Below are positions 13,461 through 25,800 of a stretch of 64,000 nt of DNA, piece by piece. The translations under genes were made by a program, and so were the position numbers. Origin of the DNA: Mytilus trossulus (taxonomy: Eukaryota); assembly GCF_036588685.1 (NCBI RefSeq), contig NC_086376.1:15996001-16060000 (forward strand), written 5' to 3'. Position 1 is the first letter of the stretch, and the number at the start of each line of letters is the position of its first letter. Under the pieces are notes generated by a model. The model was not told the origin of the DNA and made no database searches. It saw nothing but the letters and a program-made list of their open reading frames with translations.

Positions 13461-16224
13461 AGACGATCATTTAAAAAGAATGAATCTGAAATTTTATTTT
13501 TTAACACTAAACATGATGAAATTATTCTTGAATGGGAGGATTTGATGCTAATGCCATCACTAACAAACTAAAAATGTAGCATTACTGCAGAATTACAAGG
13601 CAACATATAACTTTACACGATATAACATTTACTATTGTATTAGAGTTTTAAATAGAAAAGATAGGAGTACGAATGATTGAAGACAAGAAAAATTAAATAA
13701 TAATTAGAACACGGAAATCTAAAAAACAAAGTAGTGATTATTTTTAAGTGTAAATGAAATAGGAGTGAAAGATACCAGATGTACATTCAAATTCATTAAT
13801 CGAAAATCAACACTGTCATGGGAAAAAAAGAAAACGACAGACACACAAACTATGGTATTCAAAACCCAACATTTGTTTCTGTTTTCATTTGTTAAATGAT
13901 ACAGAAGCTTCCACTTGATCGTGTGTACAAATTGGTGTCGAGATGGGGCCAGGAAATTATACAGTTGAAAACACGAAAAAGGATACGGTAACACTCCTGT
14001 TAACGGTCCAATGATGTTAGAATCAGCCCACATTATATAAATATATATATATTGTTTAAAATTCTATGGTTATGAGTTATAAAATTTGTTATGATTAGAG
14101 AAATTTGTGAAAGTGAATTTAGTCGGTTTGATAAGAAATCAAATCCGTTTCGGAATCACCCAAAAAAAAATTGATAAGAGAGAGACGAAAGATATCAAAA
14201 CATTGAAACTTGTAGTTCGGAAACAAACTGTCATTGTCATGGCAATACAAAAATAAAATGTACCATAATACTTTAACATATGGACGGATGTACCGAGCCA
14301 CGGCTTATTGATATATATATATATATAAAGAATGAATTGTATATGTAATGATTTACAAAGAAATAAAAAAAAACACAGTATAAGACGTTATAAAGATGAT
14401 AAACACTGTCTGTACCAGGATTCTTATTCAACAGCACACATAAAATTGGAAATGCTATCTCGTATGAAATTAGATTCAATAGAAAAAACAATATCCAAAA
14501 ACAAAACTTTATATCTCGGTAAAAAAGTTGTAAAATATTTTCGCAACAAAATCCCCAACTGTAATCATCCGTTACTTTTAAATGTTGGGGTTTGAGCGCT
14601 CCTGATGAATTTTGATCAAGAATAGAAGTGTAATCTGCTCACTAAAACCAATATCATAATGTTCCAGTGTTATTTACATGGTAACTGAATCATACATAAT
14701 TGTTTCATCACTCAAATTACTTTTAAAAGCTAAGGATTACTTGATACTTTCTTTGAACTGTTATACAATGGTTATTATCTTTATTAGCTTATTCAAATGA
14801 AAAAATAACAGAATCTCAAACAATGTTCCTTTTTATTTCTAATTATAAAATTTCATGGATTGAAACTATTAATTTCATTAAAGAAATCACTTTCTTAAGT
14901 TACATGATGTATTTACACACCGATTTTGTATGTCCATGTCGAACTTTGATATATAAACTTTTTTTCCAAGATCTCTACTTTGCTGAAATTATGAAATGCA
15001 AATAAAGTTTATTTTACGTTCAAGACTGTTCGATATAATGGGTGTCTAATTGTGAAGTGAACTGATGTAGTTTGACGTCTTCTTAATCCTCTATCTGAAC
15101 GTTATTTTTTTTTTAAATGGATTTTTTTAATGTTTTTTTTTAGGGTTCTTTTATTCCGTATCTTGATACTGTGCGCTGTGTATGTTCATAATTTGCCAAA
15201 CAGTTTGACTTTGACTTTTTATAGATATTATCTCCAACCAAAATGTGTATCTTTATTGTATCCAACTCATATTCTCTGAAATGTGAATTGAATGCAACTA
15301 TAGTACAAATAAGAGCGTTGAAAGTTTTCCTATATTGTATGTATTGTTTTAGTAGTTTTTACTGTAGACGGTCACACATTTAATATACATAAGAAACTGC
15401 TGGCTCCACTTTTCCTAGAAAGTCTTTTAGCTGAGTGATAACATTTGAGTTAATAGACTTTTATGATTTTCGTAACTCTTATAATAAATAATATCACAAA
15501 AACAATGATCCACAACGACTATAAAAAATAAGACAGTCTCTTATCAAATGGCAAAATTGAAAGCTCTAACACTTAAAAAAATGTAAAAGAACTTTCATAT
15601 TCCCGATTGGGAACAGGTATGTCCCTATGTATAAATTTCAAAAAAAGACAAAATAGTTAACAATGTCAAAAAAATTAGTAAATCAGTTTTCATTGTATTA
15701 ATGCATATTTATAAAGTTGATTTTTTCTTGATTTTATGGTTAACAAAATAATAAATTACTCTATATATAGCATACATTATGACAAATGAGTCAGTTAATT
15801 GTGTTATGACAACTTAGTAATGATAAAGACGTATAATGTATCAATTGTATTATTATCAAAAATAAGAAATTTCAAGGGATAAGTTCGTGATTGATAGCAT
15901 CTTACATTTCTGTTCAAATTAAGTATCTTTCAAGAATATCGACATTTAAACTGAAACTGATCATTTTAGTTGGTTTAAAATTTCATACCATGCTTAAAAA
16001 AAACAAATATGTTCTTGACCCGGGACTTTTAATGTATCTATGCCAGATGATATATGCTTCGAAAAGTCATACTGAAAATCACAAAATGTAAAGCGAATTG
16101 GAATTTCGGCCAGATAAAAGATTCCACTGATTTGATTCTATCCAAATGGAGCATTCAGTTTAGGGTGTGTCTGATGCTTATCATCTCATAACTATAGAAG
16201 AGTGATACTTAAAATCATTTATAT

Positions 16225-16610
16225 ATACCCCCTAGAGGCATTAAGTTTTTCGGTCTGTGCGTCCGTTCGTTCGTCACTCCTTCTTCAGGTTAAACATTTG
16301 GTCAAGGTAGTTTTTGATGAAGTTGAAGTACATCCAACTTGAAATTTACCTTACATAAGACGTTTCTGATTTTGATGCTAAGTTTTGACCCCCAATTTAC
16401 TCTCCACTGAAAATAGAAATGCCCGCTTTAGGTTTGAGTGTTTGGTCAAGGTAGTTTTTGATGACGTTGTAGTCTAATCAATTTAAAACTTAGTAAACAT
16501 GATATTTTAAATTTTGTTGCCAAATTAGAGTTTTTACCCCAATTTAACGGTTCATTGCACATAGATAAAAATAGTCTGAGTGTGGCATCCTTGTACTATG
16601 GACACCTTCA
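16225..16610 (+). mobile_element. HINE-like element (CGTC/CGTT microsatellite plus two ~143-bp internal repeats)
   Basis: ctgtgcgtccgttcgttcgtc followed by two copies of tttggtcaaggtagtttttgatga... and a short terminal hairpin-like end. Confidence 0.5.
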
Positions 16611-16876
16611 TATTGTATATAATTTTCTTAACTTAACGTTTTGAAATTTCAGGCGCTGAAATAGTGCTCATTGGAATCAGCATAATACATGTTATCACTG
16701 CAGCAACATTTTATGTGTGTGTTATCTTTAATTATTATTGTTTGTATAAGACAACCACATTAGTTATCCAACATCTTATTTTACACGTCACTATAAGGCC
16801 CTCACAAACGCATTTGCCATTATGCCTTTTAAAAGCTCTTAAGTAGTTATCAAGAGTACTAGGATTATCATTTAAT

Positions 16877-16920
16877 ACACTATACGCGCATTTCGTCTAT
16901 ATAAGACTCATCAGTGACGC
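16877..16920 (-). ncRNA. Minimal type I hammerhead ribozyme
   Basis: Reverse complement gcgtca CTGATGA GTCT-tatat-AGAC GAAA TGCGC GTA^ tagtgt. Core intact, helix I weakened. Confidence 0.75.
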
Positions 16921-17239
16921 TCAGATCAAAATAGTTATAAAGGCCAAACAAGTACAAAGTTGAAGAGCATTGATGACCTAAAATGTCGACAAGTCGTACC
17001 AAATACGGCTAAGGTAATCTATTCCTGGGAAAAGAAAATTCTTTGTTTGTTCGAAAAATGCAATGTTTTGTTAACAGGAAATTTATAAAAATGACTATAT
17101 AATTGATATTCATGTCAACACCGAAGTGCTGACTACTGGACGAGTGATACTTTCGGGGACAAAACGTCCACAAGCAGTGGCATCGACCCAGTGGTGTAAA
17201 TAGCTATAAAAATCAAAAGCACCAGGATTAGGATTTAAT

Positions 17240-17283
17240 ACGCTAGACGCGCGTTTCATCTACATAAGACCCATCAGTTCCCC
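17240..17283 (-). ncRNA. Degenerate hammerhead ribozyme copy
   Basis: Reverse complement CTGATGG GTCT-tatgt-AGAT GAAAC GCGC GTC^ tagcgt. A9>G and helix I disrupted. Confidence 0.6.
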
Positions 17284-17595
17284 TGAGATCAAAATAGTTA
17301 TAAAAGCTAAACAAGTATAAAGTTTAAGAGCATTAACAACCTCAAATTCCAAAAAGTTGTGCCAAATACAGCTAAGGTAATCTTTTCCTGGTATAAGAAA
17401 ATCCTTAGTTTTTCGAACAATTCAAAGTTTTGTAAACAGGAAATATATGAAAATGACAATTAAATTGATTTGCATGTCAACACCGCAGTGCTGACGACTG
17501 GGTTAGTGATACAATCAGGGACGAAACGTCCAACAGCAGTGGCATCGACCCAGAGGTGTAAATAGTTATCTAAAATAACACGATTATAATTTAAT

Positions 17596-17639
17596 ACGCC
17601 AGACGCGCGTTTCGTCTACATAGAAATCATCAGTGACGC
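17596..17639 (-). ncRNA. Minimal type I hammerhead ribozyme
   Basis: Reverse complement gcgtca CTGATGA tttc-tatgt-agac GAAAC GCGC GTC^ tggcgt. Core and helix I intact, helix II mutated. Confidence 0.75.
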
Positions 17640-18429
17640 TCAGATCAAAATAGTTGCAAAAGTACAAAGTACCAAACACCTTGACTAAAATTAATTTGCC
17701 CCTTTTAATTTTCATAAAATATTGAACATTGAGAAGCTTATTCAATACAACGTGCTAAATGAGTTATTTCCCTGCAGTGTTAAGTACCACCTTTACCGTC
17801 ACAAGGCTACATTTGGGTAGATGGGATGTCTAAATTATGATTCATAGAATTTTTTAATAATTTGCCGAAATGAAGTTTTTTATCATACTTTTTAAAATAA
17901 ATTATTAAAAGAATGGGTGACGCGGCTTTTTTTCATTCTACAGGTTGTTCAAAATTTACAGATTTTGTAAATTATGCATTGAAAACCCAATTTTCGGCAA
18001 GAAAACGAAAACTGCACTATATGATTTTGAGATAAAATAGGAGAAGATAGCTTTAATAGTATTTTGTTTAATTTCAGATAAGAAAAAGAAAAAAATGAGG
18101 TCATCGCACCCATTTTCTTGCTACATGATAAAATAGTGAAATTCCTAACACATTCTATCGTAAAAGTACCTTTATCTGAACTATCTGCCTCCCCTTATGT
18201 GGCAAAATTTCAAAATTTGAATCAAACAAAAGTCTTCTGGTTTTTGTTTTTAAATCCAACCATAAGTATGATTAAACATGTCATTTGCTATTTTGAAATG
18301 AAAATTCTTACACATGCATTTCCTACTACTTTCAACATTTGCACATTCTATCAAAAAAATAGACCGATGCTTTCTGGTATATCAAAATCCAAGATGGAGG
18401 AAGACCATTAAACTGTCACAAGAAAAGTG

Positions 18430-20050
18430 AATTGACAACGTTCCTGACTTTCTGGTGAATCCACTTTCAAGTACCTTTATAAAATTTAGCTCTCTTTTAT
18501 ATAAGGGTCATGGTCAATTTTGACCATTATACCTTTCATTGTAACATATAATATTATCTATTTACTTGTTGAACAAAACATTTTTTTAATGGTCAACTGT
18601 TCAGGCCATTTATCAAATGAAAAAAATATGATTTTATTTTACTACGTAGGCGTGGATTCGCTGTGGCCATCTGTGATATCATAAGCAGTCGTCCTGTATT
18701 CATTTCTCATAACATTTGATAGTAAATACTTTTGTGGACGAAACGTGCGTCTGGCAGAAATAAAATAAATTCTTGTAACGAAGTTAGTTAATTAAAAACT
18801 TAGGGTTGATGCTTCTACGGGTGGAGGTATCTCACTCAATGATTTCATCAGCCCAGTAATCAGCATTCTGTTTAACATGAATTATCATTTATATGGTCGT
18901 AATTATGAATTAACTTAACACTTACTTTTTCTAGATGCTTTATTATTTTAAATTTATGACAATGCACATTTTTTTCAAAGACAACACGGGAATTTAATTT
19001 TAATACATCTGTAGATTCAGCTATGCCCAAAAAACAAATTGAATACGTTATCTCTAAGTAGAGAAAGTTACGAAGTGTAAAATAAGTCTCTTCGTTTAAG
19101 AAATAATTCATGCCAAAAAATATTGCAAAGGGAAGCAGAATTCATCTTAATTTATTTGCTTAAAAACCACTCGATGAAGTTTCACAAATTTGCTGTAGAC
19201 AATGTAATGAACTGTTCCATGGCAGTTCTAATTTCTAATATCTATAAAGTAATATGTATAATCAACTCAAATGAGAGAATTAATCTCATTCTCTAATGGC
19301 ATAAAGTTTGCATGTAGACAAATAATTTGAATGTCTAGCATACAAAATTACATAATCAGGAAATTGTGATCGCATGGTACATACAAAGTAAAACGCTCTA
19401 ACTCGATGAACTGTTCTTAAATTATTCCTTTCGTGTCAAATGATTTACTTAGACTCTGACCATTACCATATTTGCATGCTCTTACATCCATTAATTGTAA
19501 ATATGTTCTACCAATTATGCACACTTTTGAAAAGGATATCAAGGGGACAATTAGGCAAAACCAGACAATACTGTGACCGAAAAAGAAAATGACTAAAATA
19601 CAAACAACTGTCTTTTAAGGTTCTACTTAGAAACCTACGACTTGGCAACAATCGCTATAGACCTTTTATGAAACTAGGATACACCATATTGATACAGTTA
19701 TGACATCACATTGTTCATAACTGCCTTTTATATGTTAGTAGTCATTAGTTAGACTGATTTTTCAAATCTATACAGAGCGAATTCTGGTTTACAAATGCAG
19801 TCTTCAATAACATTCTGGGTATATTTGTATTGATCCCCTCAGATCTGGTAAATCTCTTAAAGTCTTGAATCCATTATTGGATAATTGTAGTAACCAAGTT
19901 AACAAAAATTGCATATCCAGATGTAATCAACCATATGTTTGTAGTGTTTGACTCGCACACCCTTTTGGGTTCGTCTTCGGTTCTCTTAGAGTAATTGTTT
20001 GAATGTGTGAACTTAGATAATCACTTAATCATTATAAAAGTATTAATAAC
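18430..20050 (+). repeat. Segmental duplication block A (copies ~27490-29220, partial ~37050-37680 and ~31720-31840)
   Basis: Colinear shared strings, e.g. catggtacatacaaa, aaatgatttac.tagactctgaccattaccatat, gcatgctcttacatca, tttgactcgcacac. Confidence 0.8.
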
Positions 20051-21727
20051 TATAAAAAAAAACCCACATCAAAACAGCTGTCATATGTGGTAAATCTTTT
20101 TAGTCTAGAATCCTCTGTAATACAAACATGATTTGTAGGCGTTCGTTTCTATGTAAGTTGGCGTTTGTTTTTGTTGCACTTTAGTATCCCTGTCATTCCG
20201 TTTTTTCCTCTTAAAATGGATGTTATTCCCTCGATTTCGGTTTGTAAACCGGATTTGTTTTCTCTCAATTGATTTATGACTTTGAATACCGGTATACTAC
20301 TGTTGCCTTTATTTTGGAAAATCATTGCATAAATGTAATTAGCAATTGAACTGGAACTGGCATATTGAGAGGTAATTAATAAAGTTTCTGTAATTGACCT
20401 TCACTCTCATTTTCAGTTCTGTGGGATTTGGGTTCGGTTTTCAATGGAAAATGGTTGCAGTAATAATTAAAAAAAAGTTGACCGAGCCTTATTTCTTGAC
20501 TTTTATCTAGAAATTTCGCAATAAGGGTCGATTGAAAACAAAAGATTCCGACAAAATATGTGGTTTCGACTCGACATATTAAGAACTATTCTTTTTTATG
20601 TAGCAACATTCAAGCAGCACCAAGTGGTTTTTTCCTGAATTATTACAAATATTGTGACAAGTAAGAACATTGTTTTTTTTTATTGTCTACAGTTTCATCA
20701 ATACTTAATAGATTTAACTGATATAATTATTTCACAACGGAGTATTAGTATTCAGAATTGAGATGTACCTGTGCTTTTCATTTTATATCTATGAAAGAGT
20801 GAAAATGCATACACTTTTTTCAATTCTGTGCAAAATTGAGATAAAAAATTAAGGTTGCACATTCTGCGCTACATATTATAGTGTGGACAAAGTGCACTTC
20901 TGGCGTATTAAAATTTCAAACTTGTTGCCTTTTGTTGGCTGTTGTTCGTGTGATTCTTTGTCAATTGTGTTCTCCTATTATTTATATTGTAGTCCTGTGG
21001 TGTTGTGTTGTGATTTTGATGTTATGTTTCACATGGCCATAAAAGTGCGAGGTTTAGCATGCCACAAAACCAGCTTCAACCCACCATTTTTTCTTTAAAA
21101 AAAAATGCCCTGTACCAAGAATACGGCCATTGTTAAATTATAGTTCGTTTCTGTGTGTTTTACATTTTAACGTTGTGTCGTTTGTTTTCTCTTATTTTTT
21201 GTTTTTTGTCCATGGATTTATGAGTTTTGAACAGCGGTATACTACTGTTGCCTTTATTTAGCCATTTACTGGCTGTTATGTATGGCCTTTGAGGGTTTGA
21301 TATTTTTAATTTATCTTTTTATGTAACGTATACAAATGTCTGACGTCAGACACTCAAATAATCAATGTGTTCGTAGATAGGAGATGTTTATGTGTTCTGT
21401 TAAATTGTTCCTTTTAAAATTGTTATACGATGATGACTAATGTACTCACATTTTGACTATTTATTTATTTATTTATTTATTTATAGTGTCTGTATATTTA
21501 ACGCATTAATGTAAATATAACGGAATTTAATGAGACTGTCATGAAAGTGAGAGGGTTAGCGCTATAGAACCAGGTTTAATCATCCATTTTCTACATTTGA
21601 AAATGCCTGTACCAAGTCAGGAATATGACAGTTCTTGTCCATTCGTTTTTGATATGTTTTGTTATTTGATTTTGCCATGTGATTATGGACTTTCCGAATT
21701 GATTTTCCTCTAAGTTCAGTATTTTTT

Positions 21728-22790
21728 GAACTAGTTTGAATCTCGGTCTATTTCTGTAATTTATTCTTACATACTTTTGATTTTTTTAACTCTGTATGCG
21801 TACATTGCCTATGAAAAACAATTTTAAAATTGTTTGTATGCACATTGAACAACAAATTTATGTGACGTATATAATTTTTCTAACGTCAGACACTCAAATC
21901 AATCCATGTGTTCTTAGACAGTAGATGTTATTGTGTCCTGTTAAATTGTTCCCTTTAAAAAGTTTTGAATTCTCATATATTCTATGTATAATTTTTGGAC
22001 TAGTTTGAATCTCGGTCTATTTCTGTAATTTATTCTTACATACTTTTGATTTTTTAACCCTGTATGCGTACATTGCCTATGTACATTTTAAAATTGTTTG
22101 TATGCACATTGAACGACAAATTTATGTGACGTATATAACTTTTCTGACGTCGGACACTCAAGTAGATCCATGTGTTCGTGGATAGGTTTTTGTGTCCTGT
22201 TAAATTGTTCCTTTTAAAAGTTTTGGATTCTCATAAATTCTATGTATAACTTTTGGACTAGTTTGATTTCTGTAATTTATTCTTACATACCTTTGATTTT
22301 TTAACCCTGTCTGCGCTCATTGCCTATGTATAATTTAAAATTGTTTATAATCCAGGTACTTTTGATAACTATTGTATGCACATTGAACGACAAATTTATG
22401 TGACGTATATAATTTTTCTGACGTCAGACACTCAAATCAATCCATGTGTTCGTAGATAGTAGATGTTGTTGTGTCCTGTTAAATTGTTATACGATGATGA
22501 CTGATGTTCCCATATTTTGACTATTTTATTGATTGTGACTGTTTATTTAACGCATCATGTAAATGTAACGGAATTTGATGAGACTGTTATTAAAGTGAGA
22601 GGGTTAGCGCTATAGAACCAGGTTTAATCCACCATTTTCTACATTTGAAAATGCCTGTACCAAGTCAGGAATATGACAGTTCTTGTCCATTCGTTTTTGA
22701 TGCGTTTTGTTTTTTGATTTTGCCATGTGATTATGGACTTTCCAAATTGATTTTCCTCTGAGTTCAGTATTTTTGTGATTTTACTTTTTA
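21728..22790 (+). repeat. 5' pseudo-LTR (three ~260-270 bp internal units plus 3' terminal segment)
   Basis: Units begin gaactagtttga/ggactagtttga at ~21728, ~21997 and ~22255. The terminal segment is essentially identical to 26588-27120. Confidence 0.9.
22583..22680 (+). ncRNA. Candidate twister-like (P5-permuted) structured RNA in the pseudo-LTR; copies at ~21535-21632, ~26913-27010 and ~58157-58255(-)
   Basis: TAA-TCC-AC-[CATTTTC/GAAAATG]-CCTG-TACCAAGT-CAGG enclosed by ACTGTTAT/ATGACAGT. Resembles the twister UAA..GC..GCCGGUCCCAAGCCCGG core. The P1/P2 region is non-canonical. Confidence 0.45.
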
Positions 22791-22876
22791 CTACAACCAA
22801 GTCGATGTCAAGTTTCTTCCTAGAAGAAACTTTACTGCTGGTGGATTATTCCCCGAGGGCATCATTAACTTGGTAG
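22789..22876 (+). promoter_or_regulatory. Conserved structured 5' leader shared with retrozyme monomers
   Basis: accaagt/acttggt, gatgtc/ggcatc and gga/tcc nested stems plus an extra aagtttcttc/gaagaaactt hairpin. Homologous to 7774-7840 and to the reverse complements of 17134-17198 and 17497-17560. Confidence 0.65.
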
Positions 22877-22884
22877 CTTTATGC

Positions 22885-25800
22885 ATGATGATTACAAAAT
22901 ATACGAAGAACAAACCGGCTGGGACGTCGCCCGGGTTACCAAGGTCCTCTTTTGCTGCACGGAACACTGTAGCATTTGATTTGTGTGTTACACGGAATAT
23001 CCTCCGGGATACCCCTGATTTGACTTATGTTCAGCCAGAAGGTAATTATTATTTCAAAAATTCAGATACCTTTCATAAATTAAAGCCATGCTGCGTCAAT
23101 GTTTTCGACTGTTTAAATACACCTGCTACAAGTGAATCAACACCTATCATTTCTTCTTGTAAACATAAAAAAGGAAAAAGGAGTACGTGTAAGACTTGTG
23201 ATATGTTAATCACGACTCCTGATTTTACTAGTAATTTAACATCTAAAACATATTATACTAAATCTTTTGAGCCTCTGGACTGTTCCACGGACAATGTCGT
23301 GTACGGAATCGAATGTACTTTGTGTGGACTTCTTTATGTTGGTGAAACTCGTCAAACTTTGCGTAAAAGAATGAATCAACACCGGTCTGATAATAAAGAT
23401 CCTCAATTTAGGGTTCTTTATAACCATTTTAATCAACCGGACCATGATCCTTCTTTTTCTATGAAAGTACGCATCATTGAGAAAATTTATCACCACACAA
23501 ATAGCCCTGTACTAAGTACTCCCTTCCGCAAAGATAGAGAAAATTATTGGATAAGGGAGTTAGGGACTGCAATGCCATATGGTTGCAATGACAATATTAA
23601 AGGAGTAGGAAATTTGTCAAGTCCTGCCTGCAGTGATGTTAATGTAATGGGTTTATTTAATACTACCTTACGACAACAACGTAGTCATGGGCAAAAACAT
23701 TACCATCGGCCTAATGTAAAAAAGTCTTCCAAATCTAGATCACCATCTGGGAGCTTTGATGACCTTCTTTCACATCTTCATCATCCACTAAGGTTACATT
23801 ACATAAGAACTATTCTATTTTCACTGCCAGTTAATTTTCTTAAACGTTTGAGAGATTATGCACTTGACAAAGGAGGCACCAATACATTTTCTGCAATATA
23901 CAGACTAGTCAGTATTATTTGTGATGTAGCTCTTTTCCGTCTTTTCAAACCAGTAAGATCTGAACCTTTACATGAAGAAAAGAGGAGATTCCTTCCTGTT
24001 GATTTTGCCAATAGAGGAATCGATGCAATCAATATCTGCAACGTTCTACATCACAAGGAGGTAACATCTAAAATTCCTATTTATTTTCAAAATCAGTCTG
24101 TTCCTATTGTATCCTACAGTTACACCAAAACCATTGCACCTTAAATATTTAACTTTAAACAGGCATTGCAGGACCTTGACTTAGAACAATACCTTAAAAA
24201 CCCTCAGACATGTGACTGTTCCCACTCGCCTTATAATTACAGCCCCTCTGGTCATGTTATAACTGGGGATCTAAATATAATTCAACATGAAAATCTCCGA
24301 AAGGTGATTTCTCATGGTCCTAAGTTTAGAGAACCCCAACACATCAATTGGAACCATAACTTCAAAATAATTATGGATTCTATTGAGGACTACGCCAGAG
24401 CATGGGCTAAGCGAGAAGAAGTTGAACTGGACACTTTGTCAGAATGGGTTAAAACTATCAGGTCTCTGATAAAACGTCGCATTCACAAGTTGAAAAACTG
24501 TGTGAACGATCGACCAAAGTCCGTTTTCAGAGACAAAGAGGTCATGAAATGTCTATCAACTCTTCATGATAAGTATGTTGTTGTTCCTGCGGACAAAGCT
24601 TCAAATAATATTGTCTTTGTATGTAAATCGTATTACTACGAATGTCTTGTAAAAGAATTGGATATAACGGAGCACTCAGGTAATCCCACATACAAAGACA
24701 TATCATTTGACAAGGATGAGATTTTAGCAAATCATAAGTCCTTCATGGCATCAATAAACATTACATTGAACACCAAATCGGAGGACTTACCTTGTTTGTA
24801 TTGGATACCAAAGCTTCATAAAATTCCGTACAAACAACGGTATATTGCTGGCTTATCTTCGTGTTCCACTAAAGAATTGTCTATTAGATTGACTAAAATT
24901 CTGTCCGCAGTGAAAGAGGGTCTTCAGAAATACTGTGAAACTGTTTACTCGCGTAGTGGTATTAACCATATGTGGATTCTTAAAAATTCTAAAGAACTTC
25001 TAGACAATTTCAAATCTCGGTCTCTTTCTGAAATAAGTTCCATCAAAACTTTTGATTTTTCAACCCTGTATACCACCATTCCCCATGTAAAATTGAAAAA
25101 TCGCCTAAAAGAAATTATCCACAATGCCTTTCAACATAAAAATGGTAGCATACGCTATAAATTTATTACTTTGGGATTTCATAAAGCATATTTCGTTAAT
25201 AGTGACAAACAAAAAGGTAAATCATGCTACACAGAAGAACAAGTAGTCAGTATGCTGGAGTTTCTTATCGACAACATATTTGTTGAGTTTGGAGGTAGAC
25301 TTTTCCAACAAGTTGTCGGCATTCCTATGGGAACAAACTGTGCGCCTCTTCTTGCCGACCTCTTCTTATTTTCATATGAATCGGAGTTCCTCCAGACACT
25401 TGTCAAAAACAAGAGGATCAAAGAAGCCAGATTATTTAATTTCACTTTCAGATATATTGATGATGTTCTTTCCTTAAACAATCCGAACTTTTCTGATTGG
25501 GTTCCATTAATATATCCCCCAGAACTCGAGATTAAAGAAACAACAGACACGGCTTCCTCCGCCTCATTTTTAGACTTATATCTCGAATTTGACTTACACA
25601 GTCATCTCAGTACCAGAATCTATGACAAACGAGACGATTTTAATTTCGAAATTATAAATTTCCCCCACCTTAGTAGCAATATACCAACTTCACCTGCATA
25701 TGGGATATATATTTCCCAACTTATTCGATATTCAAGAGCTTGCAGCTCCTACTCAGACTTTGTAAAACGTCATCAGTGTCTGAGTAGAAAGTTGATGAAC

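Larger units (their letters stand above)
16844..17657 (-). mobile_element. Retrozyme tandem array, family 2 (~360-nt monomer, about 2.3 copies, three hammerheads)
   Basis: Direct repeats with minus-strand hammerheads at 16877-16920, 17240-17283 and 17596-17639 (spacing 363 and 356 nt). Confidence 0.88.

Noticed and set aside
13243-13545. Recurrent hydrophobic ORF MPHVEQDLL... (also 43979, 39068, 60079, 9650)
   Set aside because: It is the T-rich 3' UTR of PLE family B. It has a non-ATG start and ends variably in flanking DNA.
24142-24144. Selenocysteine recoding of the Naiad in-frame stop (some Naiads are selenoproteins)
   Set aside because: The stop is TAA, not TGA, and is not at a Cys-like position. 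A nonsense mutation is simpler.
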